Assembly (NCBI GenBank): GCA_038087875.1
Contig: JAXLNO010001854.1
Location: forward strand, 1 to 64,000
DNA length: 64,000 bases
DNA from: Malacoraja senta
Taxonomy: Eukaryota
Reading direction: 5' to 3'
Shown here piece by piece: positions 23,501 to 36,766 of this stretch. The notes beneath the pieces are model-generated. The model was not told the origin of the DNA. It worked only from the letters and a program-made list of their open reading frames with translations, and did no database searches. Every line of letters starts with the position of its first letter. The first letter of the stretch is position 1. A program made the position numbers and the translations under genes.

Positions 23501-26109
23501 TGCTAACAAATGTTCATGATAGGTTAATCTACTCATTTCTGGGATCATTGTTGTAAACCTCCTCTGGACCCTCTCCAGAGCCAGGACATCCTTTCTCAGA
23601 TATAGTGCCCAAAATTGCTCACAATATTCTCTAGCACTGAGGGAGCAGCTCTGCCAGTTGTGCCATTGTGCCGGCCTGGTAGTATTTTGTTTTAACATGT
23701 GGTTGTAAAATTGCATCACAAACTCTGCAGAACGTCCCGTATAGCACTAGATTCCACTGGTGTTTCTTTGGTGGGATATTGACCCGTGGCTCTCTGACTG
23801 AGAATGGAGATATGCTGTGGCTGACACCGCATGAAAAAAATGTTTTGCACACAACTCACAGTTACTTCTTGCCTGGGTGGATGGAGCCCGCAGCGGGGGC
23901 TTGGGTCAGTGCCACAAAGGTGTCCGGAGAGGACCCGGCAGCGTTAATGAAAAGGCCAGTGTGGCGGTCGATGATGGCGCCGACCAATGGACGAGAACGG
24001 ACTCGTGGAATTGAGGACGCCGCTGCTGAGGGAAGGAGCAAAGGAGGACCCGGCGTGGGGGACGGAGATTTGTAACTTTGTAAACGCCCTTTATGAGCAA
24101 ATATTTCCATACCTTGTGTGTGCAAGCAAAGAATGTCACTGAGACTTGTCACATGTGAGAATAAAGTATTCAATTCAATTCAATCAACAGCCACCTCTCA
24201 TAATCTATTGATAACAGGCCTTTTGTTACAAGATGGCATTCTCTGGAAAGGCGTAGGTTATTTAAAAATGTTTTAATCAATTTCTCTGATACAAGTGCAC
24301 TGACCTCTTGTTCTGCTTTAGCTGTAAGTAGACACACTCTCTACAATACCTTTCTCACACGACCGAACTTTGAGGATCAGTTTGCACATGGTATGTTTGA
24401 GAGCTATTTCCATTTACCGGGAGACATCACAGCCTAGCCTGAACTAGACTGCATGCTACTCTATAGTTAATGGTGAGATCAAGGCTTTTTGTCTGTCAGT
24501 CTGATATTGATTAGAGTTGAATTCAGGAAACCCAATACCAAACAGCCTTTCACAAGGAAAAGCAAACAAATTGTGGCATTTACTTCAAGAAATACTCACA
24601 CTCCCTATTGGACAATGTTAATGAATTCTGCTTTCAAACAATGAGTTCAAACCATGCTAAACAAGTCCAAGGAATTCTTAATGTAAACAAAGGAACTGCA
24701 GATGCTGGTTTAAGCTGAAGATAGACACAAAATGTTGTAGTAACTCACAGGCACAGGTAGCATCTCTGGATAGAAGGAATGGGTGATGTTTTGGGTTGAG
24801 ATCCTTTGGGGAAAAAATCATCATGGCCTATGTGTAAATCGCATGTCAATGAGAATGGAGATGTTGATTGAAATGTGAGTCAGTGGGATTTGGATGGAAA
24901 TGTGAATGAACAGAATTTAAAAGTAGTCTATTGGATCTGAACACATCTTGGTCTGAAGTGGGGTCTCGACCCACAATTTCACCCATTCCTTCTCTCCAGA
25001 GATGCTGCCTGTGAGTTACTCCAGCATTTTGTGTCTGTCTTCCGTGTAAACTGGCATCGGCAGTTCCTTCCTACACATTTGGTATGTGAATCAGTATTGT
25101 CTGAATGGATAATTTTTTGAATGGGTATAAGCTTCAGAATGGTGTTGGTGGGTGCATTTTTGAATGGGGTATGTGATTCAGAATGGTGTGAATGGAGGAA
25201 TTTTTGAACGGGGCATGTGATTCAAAATGGTGTGATCAAGTTTATCAATGACAGATACATTTATGCAATTAATCTATATTTATCATATTTAATTTTATAA
25301 CATAAATATGAACTTCAAATTGAATTAATTACGTTCCACCCTGTTACTTTATCTTTTAGATAGTTGAGAAGGTATTGAAAGAGTGCCTTGTTCACTCAAG
25401 AACCCAGGCAATAGTGGACAGTTTATCAGCAAACACTTGGCCCAGTGCCTGAGGTGCTCCAGTCACTAAGTGATGGAAATGTATTTGTCATTCCACAAGT
25501 CTCACATTGTGTAAGAGGTTGGGGCTGGAGCTTCAGCCCAACAGATCAGACAGAAGAGGTACAGGAACAGAGGCAGGGTGAATGTGTGCTTTGTAGACTA
25601 TCAGATACAGAATATTACAGGTCAGGAACTCACCCTTTGGCCCACAATGTATATGCCAAATGTAATGCCAAGATAAACTGACCTAGTCGAATGCAAACAG
25701 AAATTTTACATTCGATGAACACTTTCACATCATACAACCCATCTCCAATGAAAATTATCTCCTTCCTTCCATGACTTTTAAACATAGAAACATAGAAACA
25801 TAGAAAATAGGTGCAGGAGGAGGCCATTCGGCCCTTCGAGCCAGCACCGCCATTCATTATGATCATGGCTGATCGTCCCCTATCAATAACCCATGCCTGC
25901 CTTCTCCCCATATCCCTTGAATCCACTTGCCCCTGGAGCTCTATCTAACTCTCTGTTAAATCCATCCAGTGATTTGGCCTCCACTGCCCTCTGTGGCAGG
26001 GAATTCCATAAATTCACAACTCTCTGGGTGAAAAAGATTTTTCTCACCCGAGTCTTAAATGACCTCCCCTTTATTCTAAGACTGTGGCCCCTGGTTTAGT
26101 TATGGAGTC

Positions 26110-27480
26110 ATAGAGTGATACAGTTTGGGAACAGACCCTTCGGCCCAACTTGTCCACACCGGCCAACGTCCCAGCTACACTAGTCCCACCTGCCTGCCTT
26201 TTGTCCATATCCCTCCAAACCTGTCATATTAATGTACATGTCTAACTGTTTCTTAAACGAGGGGATAGTCCCAGCCTCAATTACCTCCTCTGGGAGCTTG
26301 TTCCATACACCCACCACACTTTGTGTGAAAAAGTTACCCTTCGGATTCCTATTAAATCTTTTCCCATTGACCTTGAAACTATGTCATCTGGTCCTCGATT
26401 CCCCTACTCTGGGCAAAAGACTCTGTGCATCTACCCGAACTATTCCTCTCATGGTTTTGTATACTTCTTACAAGATCACCCCTCATCCTCCTGCGCTCCA
26501 AGGAATAGAGACCCAGCCTACTCAACCTCTCCCTATAACTCACACCCTCTAGTCCTGGCAACATCCTTGTAAATATTTTCTGACCAGTTTCAAGCTTGAC
26601 AACATATTTCCTATAACATGGTGCCCAGAACTGAACACAATATTCTAAATGCGGTCTCACCAATGTCTTATACGACTGCAACATGACCTCCCAACTTCTG
26701 TACTCATTATTCTGACTGATGAAGGACAATGTGCCAAAAGCCTTTTTGACCACCTTATCTACCTGTGACTCGACATTTAAGGAACCATATAACCATATAA
26801 CCATAACAGCACGGAAACAGGCCATCTCGGCCCTTCAAGTCCGTGCCGAACATTAAAAAAAATATATATATTTTTTAAATTTTTATTTATTTATATTTAA
26901 GTACAACCTTGCACTTGTACTCCTAGATCCCTCTCCTCTCAGCACTCCCCAGAGACAGACCATTTACTGTGTTAGACGTCCCAAAGAGCAACACCTCACA
27001 CTTCTCTGTATTAAATTCCATCAACCATTCCTCGGCCCACTGGCCAATCGATCCAGATCCTGCTGCAATCGTTCACAACCATCGTCTACCTGCAATTGTT
27101 CACAACCATCTTCACTATCTGCAAAACCACTCACTTGTGTATCATCAGCAAACTCGCTAATCTTGGATAATTATATCATCCAAATCAATTATGTAGATGA
27201 CAAACAGTAACGGGCCCAGCACCGAACCCTGAGTCACACCACTAGTCACATGCCTCCAATCAGTGAAGCAACCTTCCACCATCATCCTCTGCTTCCTTCC
27301 ATGGAGCCATTTGCTATCCATTCAGCTATCTCTCCTTGGATCTCATGTGATCAAATCTTCCAGAGCAGCCTACCATGCTACCTTTTCAAATACCTTTCTG
27401 AAATCCATGTACACAACATCTACAGCTCTGTAGAGCTTCCACAGCTCCAGTTGTGCAAAGTCATGGAGAACACATCTCCG
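26110..27480 (-). mobile_element. CR1 LINE 3' fragments (compound)
   Basis: VKKAFGTLSFISQNNEYRSWEVMLQSYKTLVRPHLEYCVQFWAPCYRK. Similar fragments near 23090-23630(-), 25790-26100(-), 28570-28890(+), 29880-30730(-), 61775-62160(-). Confidence 0.85.
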
Positions 27481-27629
27481 GTCAGTCAGCTAATTTCCAT
27501 TGTGTTCAGTGTGTTGGACTGAGGGGAAAAAATGGGATTAAAGGATGAGATTCGTTCTCCAGTTGCTGTGATACATTGTAAATGGATCGATTGTAATGTG
27601 TACGAAGGAACTGCAGATACTGGTTTAAA

Positions 27630-27792
27630 CTGAAGGTAGACATAAAAAAGCTGGAGTAACTCAGCGGGGCAGGCAGCATCTCTGGAGAGAAGAATTGAAG
27701 AAGGGTCTCAACCCGAAACGTCACCCATTCCTTCTCTCCAGAGATGCTGCCTGTCCTGCTGAGTTACTCCAGCTTTTTGTGTCTATCTTCAG
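27630..27792. repeat. Palindromic PLE-derived short element (about 63-bp arms flanking a degenerate hammerhead core)
   Basis: CTGAAGGTAGACATAAAAAAGCTGGAGTAACTCAGC..CAGCATCTCTGGAGAGAAG mirrored by CTTCTCTCCAGAGATGCTG..GCTGAGTTACTCCAGCTTTTTGTGTCTATCTTCAG. Confidence 0.85.
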
Positions 27793-30700
27793 ATCGATTA
27801 CAATCATGTATTGACTTTCTGCTGACTGGTTAGCACACAACAAAAGCTTTTCACTGTAAACAGCTTTCACTGTTTCACAATAAACTAAACTGAACTGAGA
27901 CTATTAATACGTCATACCTGTGCATAAACCTGGGAAAATGAATTTTAAAATCATTCTTGACTATAACCTGCTTATGTATTCAAGTGACAGTGGGTGCATT
28001 GATTCAATGGTTCAATGATACTTTATTGTCGCATATACCTGGGTTCAGTGAAATTCCTTTTTGCATACAGTTCTGTCAAACATTTACAATACACAAGGAC
28101 AATCATACTTTAGTACAAGACCACAGGAAATATAGATTACATTGAGACAATACAAGAGTTACCACATTTCCACTAACATTTTGCATAAATCAAAACTCCA
28201 AAGTTGTAAACAATGTAGGGATTTAACTTGACCTTATAACCTATTGCTTTGGTGCCAGCACTGGTTTGGAGCTGCAGGGTTTAGCCCACATTATTTGGTA
28301 TTAGTGTAAAGTTCACAATATCAGGATTAATCTTGCATGGAACAGACACTGGTCCACGGCCCTAACTTGAATCTGACTTTATGAAATAATTGAGCATTGT
28401 ACACTTGGCCAGACATTCCTTATCAAGATTACTAGAAGCGACAACCTGCCCAGCCAATGTTACCTCAAAGTGACTATGAGTGTGGTGAACATGGATTGAC
28501 TTGCAACGTTTCCTGAAAGATCAGCACACATTGAAATGATAACGCAATCAACTGTTATTCAATGCATAGATTACTTTGCCCAGAGTAGGGGAATCGAGGA
28601 CCAGAGGACATAGGTTCACGGTGAAGGCGAAAAGATTTAATAGGTATCCGAGGGGTAACTTTTTCACACAAAGGGTGGTGGGTTTATGGAACAAGCTGCC
28701 AGAGGAGGGAGTTGAGGCTGGGACTATGCTATTGTTTAAGAAACAGTTGGACAGGTACATGGATAGGACAGGTTTGGGTGGATATGGACCAATCGCAGGC
28801 AAGTGGGACCAGTGTAGCTGGGACATTGTTGGCCGGTGTGGGCGAGTTGGGCCGAAGGACCTGTTTCCAAACTGTATCACTCTATGACTCTATGATATTA
28901 TTAATAAAATTAATTAACGACAATCAAGTAGATTGTTTGAAGCTGTTCCCATTCCTTATGCAGATACCAAGTAACCCAATCAAGGTAAATCAATGTTAGG
29001 TGCCTGGAAAATGTAGAGTACTCACTAATCAAGATCTGGGACTTTAGTGACCTTCCTTCCATTATAAAGTCAAAAGTGATTGTCTGTTGTTGATTGCACA
29101 ATGCTCAATTTCATTTCCTCATTTATTCACTGCACCACAAGCTTCAACCAGCGACAAAACACACTGCAGATACGTGTCGTCTAGCCCATCAGAACATTCC
29201 AAACTCAACATCTCAAGCACAAGAACAACAAGGTCAGCAGATGTGTGAGAACCTGACCTGGGATCCATCCTGACTTAGAATTGAATCACCATTTGTTCAT
29301 AATTGAGTTTGGTTTAGAGATATGTCATGCCGGCAGTTCGAAATAAACAGGTCAGGAGAGGGTAGAAGGCCGGCACAGGGGGTCAAAGAGGAGGGGGAAT
29401 GTTGGATACGGAGGACGGTATTTTCACTGGGACGTGAGGACTCCTTCCCGTAGAAAAAGGCTCGGAAGCGGAGGCAACTGAAGAAGAGCTCTACATCATG
29501 GTAAGCCCTGAACTTGTTGAAGTGGGGGGTGTAGGGGTACAAAGGTAAGGCCTCTGTTCAAGACTGACTGGTCTGTATCAGAAGGAAGTCGCGCGGGGGG
29601 GGGGGGGGGGGGGGAGAAGGATCGCAGAGAGCTCTACCATACATTGTAGGGGCCAACAGTCAATGGCCGAAAACTGGGACTGCAAACCATGTGAGTTGAT
29701 GTATTTGGCCGGCTGGTGGCCGGTGACGAGGCGAGGAGCGGCGGAGTCAATGGGCCCACGAGTGGCTAGAGTACAGGTGAAGGTTGGAGGCAAACATGGC
29801 CTGGAAGCTTTGTGGGCCGATGGTGGCATCGGCAACAGTGTCAGTAGGTCAGGCCTGGAAGCTCCATTAACCATTCTTCAGCCCACTTGTCTCACTGATC
29901 ACGATCCAGCTGTAATTTTTGATAACTATGTTCACTGTTTATGATACCAACTATGGCAATGTCATCTGCAAAGTTTCTAATCATGCCGCACATTTTCATC
30001 TAAGTTGCTCATATAAACCACAATCAGCAATGGGCCGAGCACTGATCCCTGAGGGACACCTCTAGTCACAGGCCTCCTGTGTGAAAAGCAAACTTCCACT
30101 ATCACCCTATGCTTCCTTCCATGAACCTAATTCATTGGTTAGGCAGCTAGTTCTCCCTGAATGCCATGAGCTCTAATCATCAAGGACAGCCTACCATGCA
30201 GAAACTTATCAAAGGCCTTGCTGAAGACCATATGTACAATGTCTATGACCTTATCATCATCAACCTTCTTGGTTACTTTTTCCAAAAAGTACCAGATTGG
30301 TGAGGCATGATCTCCCACGTCCAAAACCACGCTGACCAGCCCCTGTCTCTTCAAATGCATATTTATCTTCTCTCTCTGAATCCTGTCCAGTAACTTACCT
30401 ACCGCAGATTGTAGGCCCACTGATTTATAGTTTCTAGGTTTTGCCCTGTAGTCCTTCTTAAATAGATGCACAACATTTGCCACCCTCCAGTTATCCGGCA
30501 CCTCACCCATGTCTAACAATGATTCATATCTCTCAGTCAGGGCGCTTGCAATTTCTTCTCTAGCTCCCCACAATGTCCTCAGATATATGTGATCAGGTCT
30601 GGGTGAATTATCTACTTTCATATTTCTTAGGATGTCCAGCACATCATCGGCCATAACACGGACTGTCCTCCAGACATCTCCATTTCCTGTTGCAAGCTCC

Positions 30701-33190
30701 CTCATCTTCAAATCTTTCTCCACAGTAAAAACAGGGGAGAAATACTCATTGAAGATCTTGCTTATCTCATGCAGAGATGACAGCTTTTATTTTCTGAGTG
30801 GATTTATTCTTTATCAAGTTACCCTCATCATTTAATATAGGAGTGAAGAAGACTGTAAAAACTTGTGAACACTGCCCAGTCCATCACGGGTTCTACCTTC
30901 CTACCATCGAAGGAAGCTCAAAAAGGCAGCAAGCATCACCAGAGACCCACACCACCCTGGCCAACACTTATTTCACCCCTGCCATAGGGTAGAAGGTACA
31001 GGAGCGTTAAAACTGTAACATCAGGTTCAGCAATAACTTCTACCCTACAGCCTTTAGGCTATTAAACACTACAGCCTTAAACAAGCTCTTAACTACATAG
31101 ACTATTATTGTTATTGTTGCACCATTATTGTTTGTTTTTTGTGTGTACATATGAGTGTGTGTGTGTGTATATATATATACGAATATGATCTGTATATATG
31201 TGTATTTGTGAGTATGTGTATATATACACACAGATATTTTTATTTCTTGTTTCTTATATTGTTTACAGTGTACTATGTTTACATATTCTGTTGTGCTGCT
31301 GCAAGTAAGAATGTCATTGTTCTATCTAGGACATCTCTATATAACTAAAAGTCTTTGGCTTGTTTGTGCCCACGATGTGTCTCTGTGTGTGTCAATCTGG
31401 TTAATTGCTATCTTCTTCCTAATGCTAGGCCACAGCTTTCTCATTTTCACACGTCGTACTCACATTTTTCCCGTGGTGGCGATAAACATCTTCCCGTCAC
31501 ATTTCCACCTATATTTCCGAAGTTATTAATCGTAAAAAAAATGTAAACAGTCTGATTTCTTCAAACTCTTCCATTTTGGAAACAAAATCCGAGTGACTTC
31601 ACAATGCACTCGCAAGGCAGGACAGGGCCACTCCAGGAGGGATGGGCACTCCAGTGCTCCAACCCTCCCTCCCCCCTCCCCACCCCCCTCCAGTGCACCA
31701 ATCACGATGGGCTCTCAAGCTGCCGAGTGCCACACCCCCTGCCCCCTGCCCCCTCCCCCCACCGGGTTATTCATGATTAAAGTGTTTTTTTAAGCCAAAC
31801 GGGTTGCGTTGGGGGAACGGGTGAGTGCTGGAATATTTCGTTGGGGGAGCAGACCCGATCTGCACTTGGTCTAGTATGACAATAAAACAATATTGACTCT
31901 TGAATGTACATAAAGTATCTTTGGATTCTTCTTTGCCAGAGTTGACAACAAAATTGATAAGTATATTAGGTAATGATAATTGTTGTCTAAGATTACAAAA
32001 TAATGTTGATCAACCGGAAAGGTATGGAGGTGAGGGGATGGGAGGTGAGGGAGGGAAGGAATGCCAGTTGAAATCTAACTCAAACAAGTGTGATTTGATG
32101 CATTTTGGGAAGTCAAATCATGACTGGCCAAATCTATTGCAGGATTGTAAATGGAGCTGTACCTTGGTGTACAATTACATAGTTCCCTGAAAATGGCATC
32201 ATAGTTTGATAGGGAAGTGAAGGGAATATATGTCTGAAGAATCGCCTCGACCCAAAACGTCACCCATTCCTTCTCTCCAGAAATATTGCCGCTGAGTCTC
32301 TCTAGCTTTTTGTGTCTATCTTCGGTTTAAATTAGCATCTGCTGTTCATTCCTACGCAGAGTATATGTTATGCCTTGTTTCCTCAGCCATGGTACTGAGG
32401 ACTAGGGTTGGGGTGTCATGTTACAGTTGTACAGAATGTTGAACAGGCAACCATTAATCTGTCCAGGGGCTCAGCTGATTTGTTGCACAATAGACTCTAA
32501 TCCAAGGTCTGAACTCTGAAAAGAAAATCAAGAAATTCAAGTTGCCACTCATCCATGGACTGAATAACAAAACACATCTTTGTTTTGCTTATCTGGCTTG
32601 AGAACTCTTAACATTGATCTATTTTCCTTCATAGTGTAGTCCATTTATAAACTGGCCATCCCCAGACATCCTGTGTCCACACTGTTTCCCAAGGGCACCT
32701 CACCTATTTTCAGCTCTGCTCTCAACAAGTATCAATCACATTATCCCTCTCTCTATCTATCATCTCTCTCCATCTCACTATATATATCTCTCTCTATCTC
32801 CCTACCTCTCTCCATCTATTTATCTCTCCATCTCTCATCCCTCAGCTCTATCTCTCTTTCCTTCATCTCTTTCATTTCTGCAAATTGAAATCATTAATCA
32901 GTCTGAGAGCACTGTGTGTGACTGAATGACATCAGAGCATCAGTCCCTGAGGCATACCACTGGTCACAGGCTTCCTATGTAAAAAAACAACCCTGCACTA
33001 CCATTCTCTGACTCCTACCACCAAGCCAACTTTGTGTCCAATTGACTAGCTCACCCTGGATCCCATGTTTTCCAACCTAATGGACCAGCCACCCATGTGG
33101 GACCTTGCAGAAGGATGGCATGGTGGCATAGTCGTAAGGCTACTGCTTTACAGTGCCAGAGATCTGGGTTCAATCCTGACTACAAGTGCT

Positions 33191-34549
33191 TTTCTGGCAT
33201 CCTCCTGGCAAACGACTCAGGTAATTATGTGGTTCTTGTCTTGCTGGACCTATCTGCCGCCTTCGATACAGTGGACCATGGAATATTCATTTCCAGACTA
33301 CAGCACCAAGTGGGCATTTGTGGCAGTGCCCTGGAATGGTTCAGGTCCTATCTGGCAGATAGAACCATGCGTGTAAGCCTTGCTGGCTTTGAATCCTCCT
33401 CCACTCCCTTGGTATATGGGGTTCCACAGGGCTCAATTTTAGGGCCCCTGCTCTTCTCCTTATACCTACTTCCTCTGGGCTCAATTTTAAGAAGGCATGG
33501 CATCTCCTTTCACTTTTATGCAGATGATAGCCAGTTATATATGCCACTCAGGAAAGAAGAAGACTATTCTCTAAAATCACTTCTGTCTTGTCTTGAGGAC
33601 ATTAAGTCCTGGATGGCCTTAAACTTTCTGGGACTTAATGAAGAGAAGACAGAGGTGATTTTGTTTGGCCCCAATGGCTGCCGTGAACCTCCCTTTGTTG
33701 ATTTGGGTCCACTGGCATTGTCTGTAAAGCCAACCGTCTTGAACCTGGGTTTTAGGATGGACGGTGATTTTAAACTAGACAAACAAATAGGCGCGGTGGT
33801 TAAGTCCAGCTTCTTTCACCTAAGGAAGCTGGCAAAGGTGAAGCCCATTCTCGAGCGGGAGCATTTTGAAACAGTAATCCATGCCTTTATTACATCTAGG
33901 CTGGATTACTGTAACGCATTGGAGTCGCACGAGCTTCATTGGCTCGCCTCCAGCTTGTTCAAAATGCTGCCGCTCGCCTTTTGACTGGAACTCGAAAGAG
34001 GGAGCACATTACGCCAATTTTGGCCTCCCTACACTGGCTCCCAGTGCACTTTCGAGTTCATTTCAAAATTATTTTATTTGTTTTTAAATCCTTGAATGGG
34101 CTCGCCCCGCCTTACCTCTCTGAGCTGCTCCACCTATATGCTCCTGCCCGGTGCCTCAGGTCAGCTGATCAGCTGCTCCTTGAGGTACCAAGGTCTAAGC
34201 GGAAGCTCAGAGGGGATAGAGCCTTTTCTGTTGCTGCTCCGGCACTCTGGAACACCTTGCCGCTGCACATCAGACAGGCCCCCTCACTGTCCATCTTCAA
34301 ATCCTCCCTAAAAACATATTTTTATTCTTTGGCTTTCGACACTGGCTGAGGCATTGCCCCTGTTTTTAGTGCTTTTAATGTCTTTTAATTTTTAGTGTGT
34401 TTTTTATAGTCCTTCGTTTTACGGTTTGTAATGGTTTTTAATTGTTTGTAATAGCTTTTTGTTCGTGATTTCTCATGTACAGCACTTTGTGGCAACTGTG
34501 GTTGTTTAAAGTGCTTTATAAATAAAGTTATTATAAAGTTATTATTATT
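33191..34549 (+). mobile_element. 5'-truncated L2-clade LINE inserted in an HE1-like SINE
   Basis: 295-aa RT ORF (VLVLLDLSAAFDTVDH, GVPQGSILGPLLF, FYADDSQLY), frameshift near 33920, ARLQLVQNAAARLL, 3' tail AATAAAGTT(ATT)n; the SINE resumes at 34550. Confidence 0.93.
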
Positions 34550-35024
34550 CTATATGGAGTTTGTACGTTCTCCCCTTGACCTGCGTAGGTTTTTTCCAAG
34601 ATCTTCGGTTTCCTCCCACACTCCAAAGACGTACAGGTTTGTACGTTAATTGGCTTGGTATAAAAGGTAAAATTACCCCTAATGTGTGTAGGGTAGCGTT
34701 AAAATGCGGGGATCGCTGGTCGGTGCAGACACGGTGAACTATAGGGTCTGTTTCCTCACTGTATCTCTAAACTAAACTAAACATAGACAACATCTGTCAT
34801 CCAATCACACACTGGGCAATTTACAAAATGCAATTAACCAACCAACTCGCATGCCTTTGAGATATAGGAGGAACGGAGCATTTGGTGGAGATCCACTTGT
34901 CATCGGGAGAACAAGAAAATGATACACGTTATACCCGAGATCAGGATTGAATCCAAGTTGCTGTAGCAGAGGGGCACCAAATCTGCCAGTTGCCTCAATG
35001 TACTGCCTTTTAAAAAGAAAATTC

Positions 35025-35340
35025 AAAGCCTGTCCCACTGTACGAGGTAATTCAAGAGCTCTCCCGAGTTAAAAAAATTAAACTCATGGTAAGCACGTAG
35101 AATGTACGTAGCGGGTACGTCGGAGCTCGGGAAGTCTCCTAGCGGCTCGTAACGCTAACGGCAGGTACTCGGGGAAACGCGGTAAGCTCGTGAAGACTCG
35201 TGAAGATTTTTCAACATGTTGAAAAAAGTCCACGAGACCCCAAGTACCTACGAGCAGCTATTACCGTAATTCTACGAGTTCGAATCAGGGGAAACTCGGG
35301 AGAACTCTTGAATTAGCTCGTACAGTGCGACAGGGCCTTT
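35025..35340. mobile_element. Second copy of the same MITE, opposite orientation
   Basis: Internal sequence is the reverse complement of 20025-20342. Confidence 0.85.
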
Positions 35341-36313
35341 AAGCTGTGTCTGCGTTGTCCATGCACACACTCTCAGGGCAGAATTAGTTTAGTTTAGTTT
35401 AGAGATACAGCTTGGAAACAGGCCTTTCGGCCTACCAAGTTTGCGAAGACCAATGATCCCTTTACATTGGCACTATCCTACACACACTAGGTACAAATTA
35501 CAATTTACAAACCAATTAACCTACAAACCTGTACGTCTTTGGAGTGTGGGAGGAAACTGGAGCACCCAGAGAAAACCCATGCGTTCACCCAACATACAAA
35601 CTCCGTGCAGACCGCACCCATAGTCAGGATCGAACCCTGGTGTCTGGTGCTATAAGGCAGCAACTCTACCGCTGCGCCACCCTGCCGCCCCTAAGTATAG
35701 ATATAGGGAAAGATACAGCAGCCTGAAAACCGTGAGAACCAGATTCAAGAATAGCCTCTTCTCAGCAAACATCAGGCTCTTCAACACCACACAAAACTAA
35801 CTTCAGCATCTATGATCATCTACGGACTGTCTTTGAATGTAATATGAATTTAGTTTTTTGCACTATTATGATAGTCCAGTATTACAGTTATTAATTTATT
35901 GTTTTATTGGTTGTTTTATATTATCTCTGTGTTATTGCATTTACATGCAGGTGAAGCTGCAGCAAGTCAGAATTTTGTTGTTCTATTGTTGATACATATG
36001 ACAATTAAACGACTCTTACCTCACATTTGATTTTGGGTAAAGCTCACTCCATATTACCCCCACCATACACTCAGGAAAAGTACAAGGAACAAGTACATGT
36101 TTAAGAAAGAACTGCAGATGCTGGAAAAATCCAAGGTAGACAACTTGATGTTTGAATTATGTTCTTCAACCAGTTTAGACCAGTTTAGTTTAGAGATACA
36201 GCACGGAAACAGGCCCTTCGGCCCCACCGAGTCTGTGCTGACCAGCGATCCCCGCACACTAACACTATCCTACACACACACAGGGGGACAATTTACAATC
36301 TTTACCAGAAACC

Positions 36314-36478
36314 NNNNNNNNNNNNNNNNNNNNNNNNNNNNNNNNNNNNNNNNNNNNNNNNNNNNNNNNNNNNNNNNNNNNNNNNNNNNNNNNNNNNNNN
36401 NNNNNNNNNNNNNNNNNNNNNNNNNNNNNNNNNNNNNNNNNNNNNNNNNNNNNNNNNNNNNNNNNNNNNNNNNNNNNN
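36314..36478. other. Assembly gap (N run)
   Basis: Run of N. Confidence 1.
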
Positions 36479-36738
36479 TCTCCATCCCACCCTCAAAACA
36501 CCAAAAAACAACAAAAACCCACTCCTAAACCGTCCCGTCCCCCCTCCCCTGCCGCCGGAAGCGCCTTTGTGGACAACAAAGATACTCGAGGACAAAGTGT
36601 TGAAGAAGGAACTGCAGATCAAAGATTATATAGCGGATCCTCTAGTATCTTTGCTGCAGATGCTGGAAAATGGAAGGTAACCAAATGCTGGAGAAACTCA
36701 GCGGGTGCAGCAGCATCTATGGAGCGAAGGAAATAGGC

Positions 36739-36766
36739 AACGTTTCGGGCCTAAACCCTTCTTCAG
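36739..36766 (-). ncRNA. Minimal hammerhead ribozyme core (PLE-type)
   Basis: Reverse complement CTGAAGAAGGGTTTAGGCCCGAAACGTT, embedded in an inverted-repeat cassette. Confidence 0.55.

Noticed and set aside
28464-28512. Minus-strand 49-nt exon-like segment (KRCKSIHVHHTHSHFE) with good splice sites
   Set aside because: No matching neighbour exons or recognisable homology; does not fit NEIL3.
29119-29268. 49-aa minus-strand ORF (MDPRSGSHTSADLVVLVLEML..), overlapping a plus-strand exon-like segment
   Set aside because: Short, unsupported on either strand, no recognisable family.
36097-36622. ORFs spanning N runs (also 45407-45775)
   Set aside because: Artefacts of translating assembly gaps.
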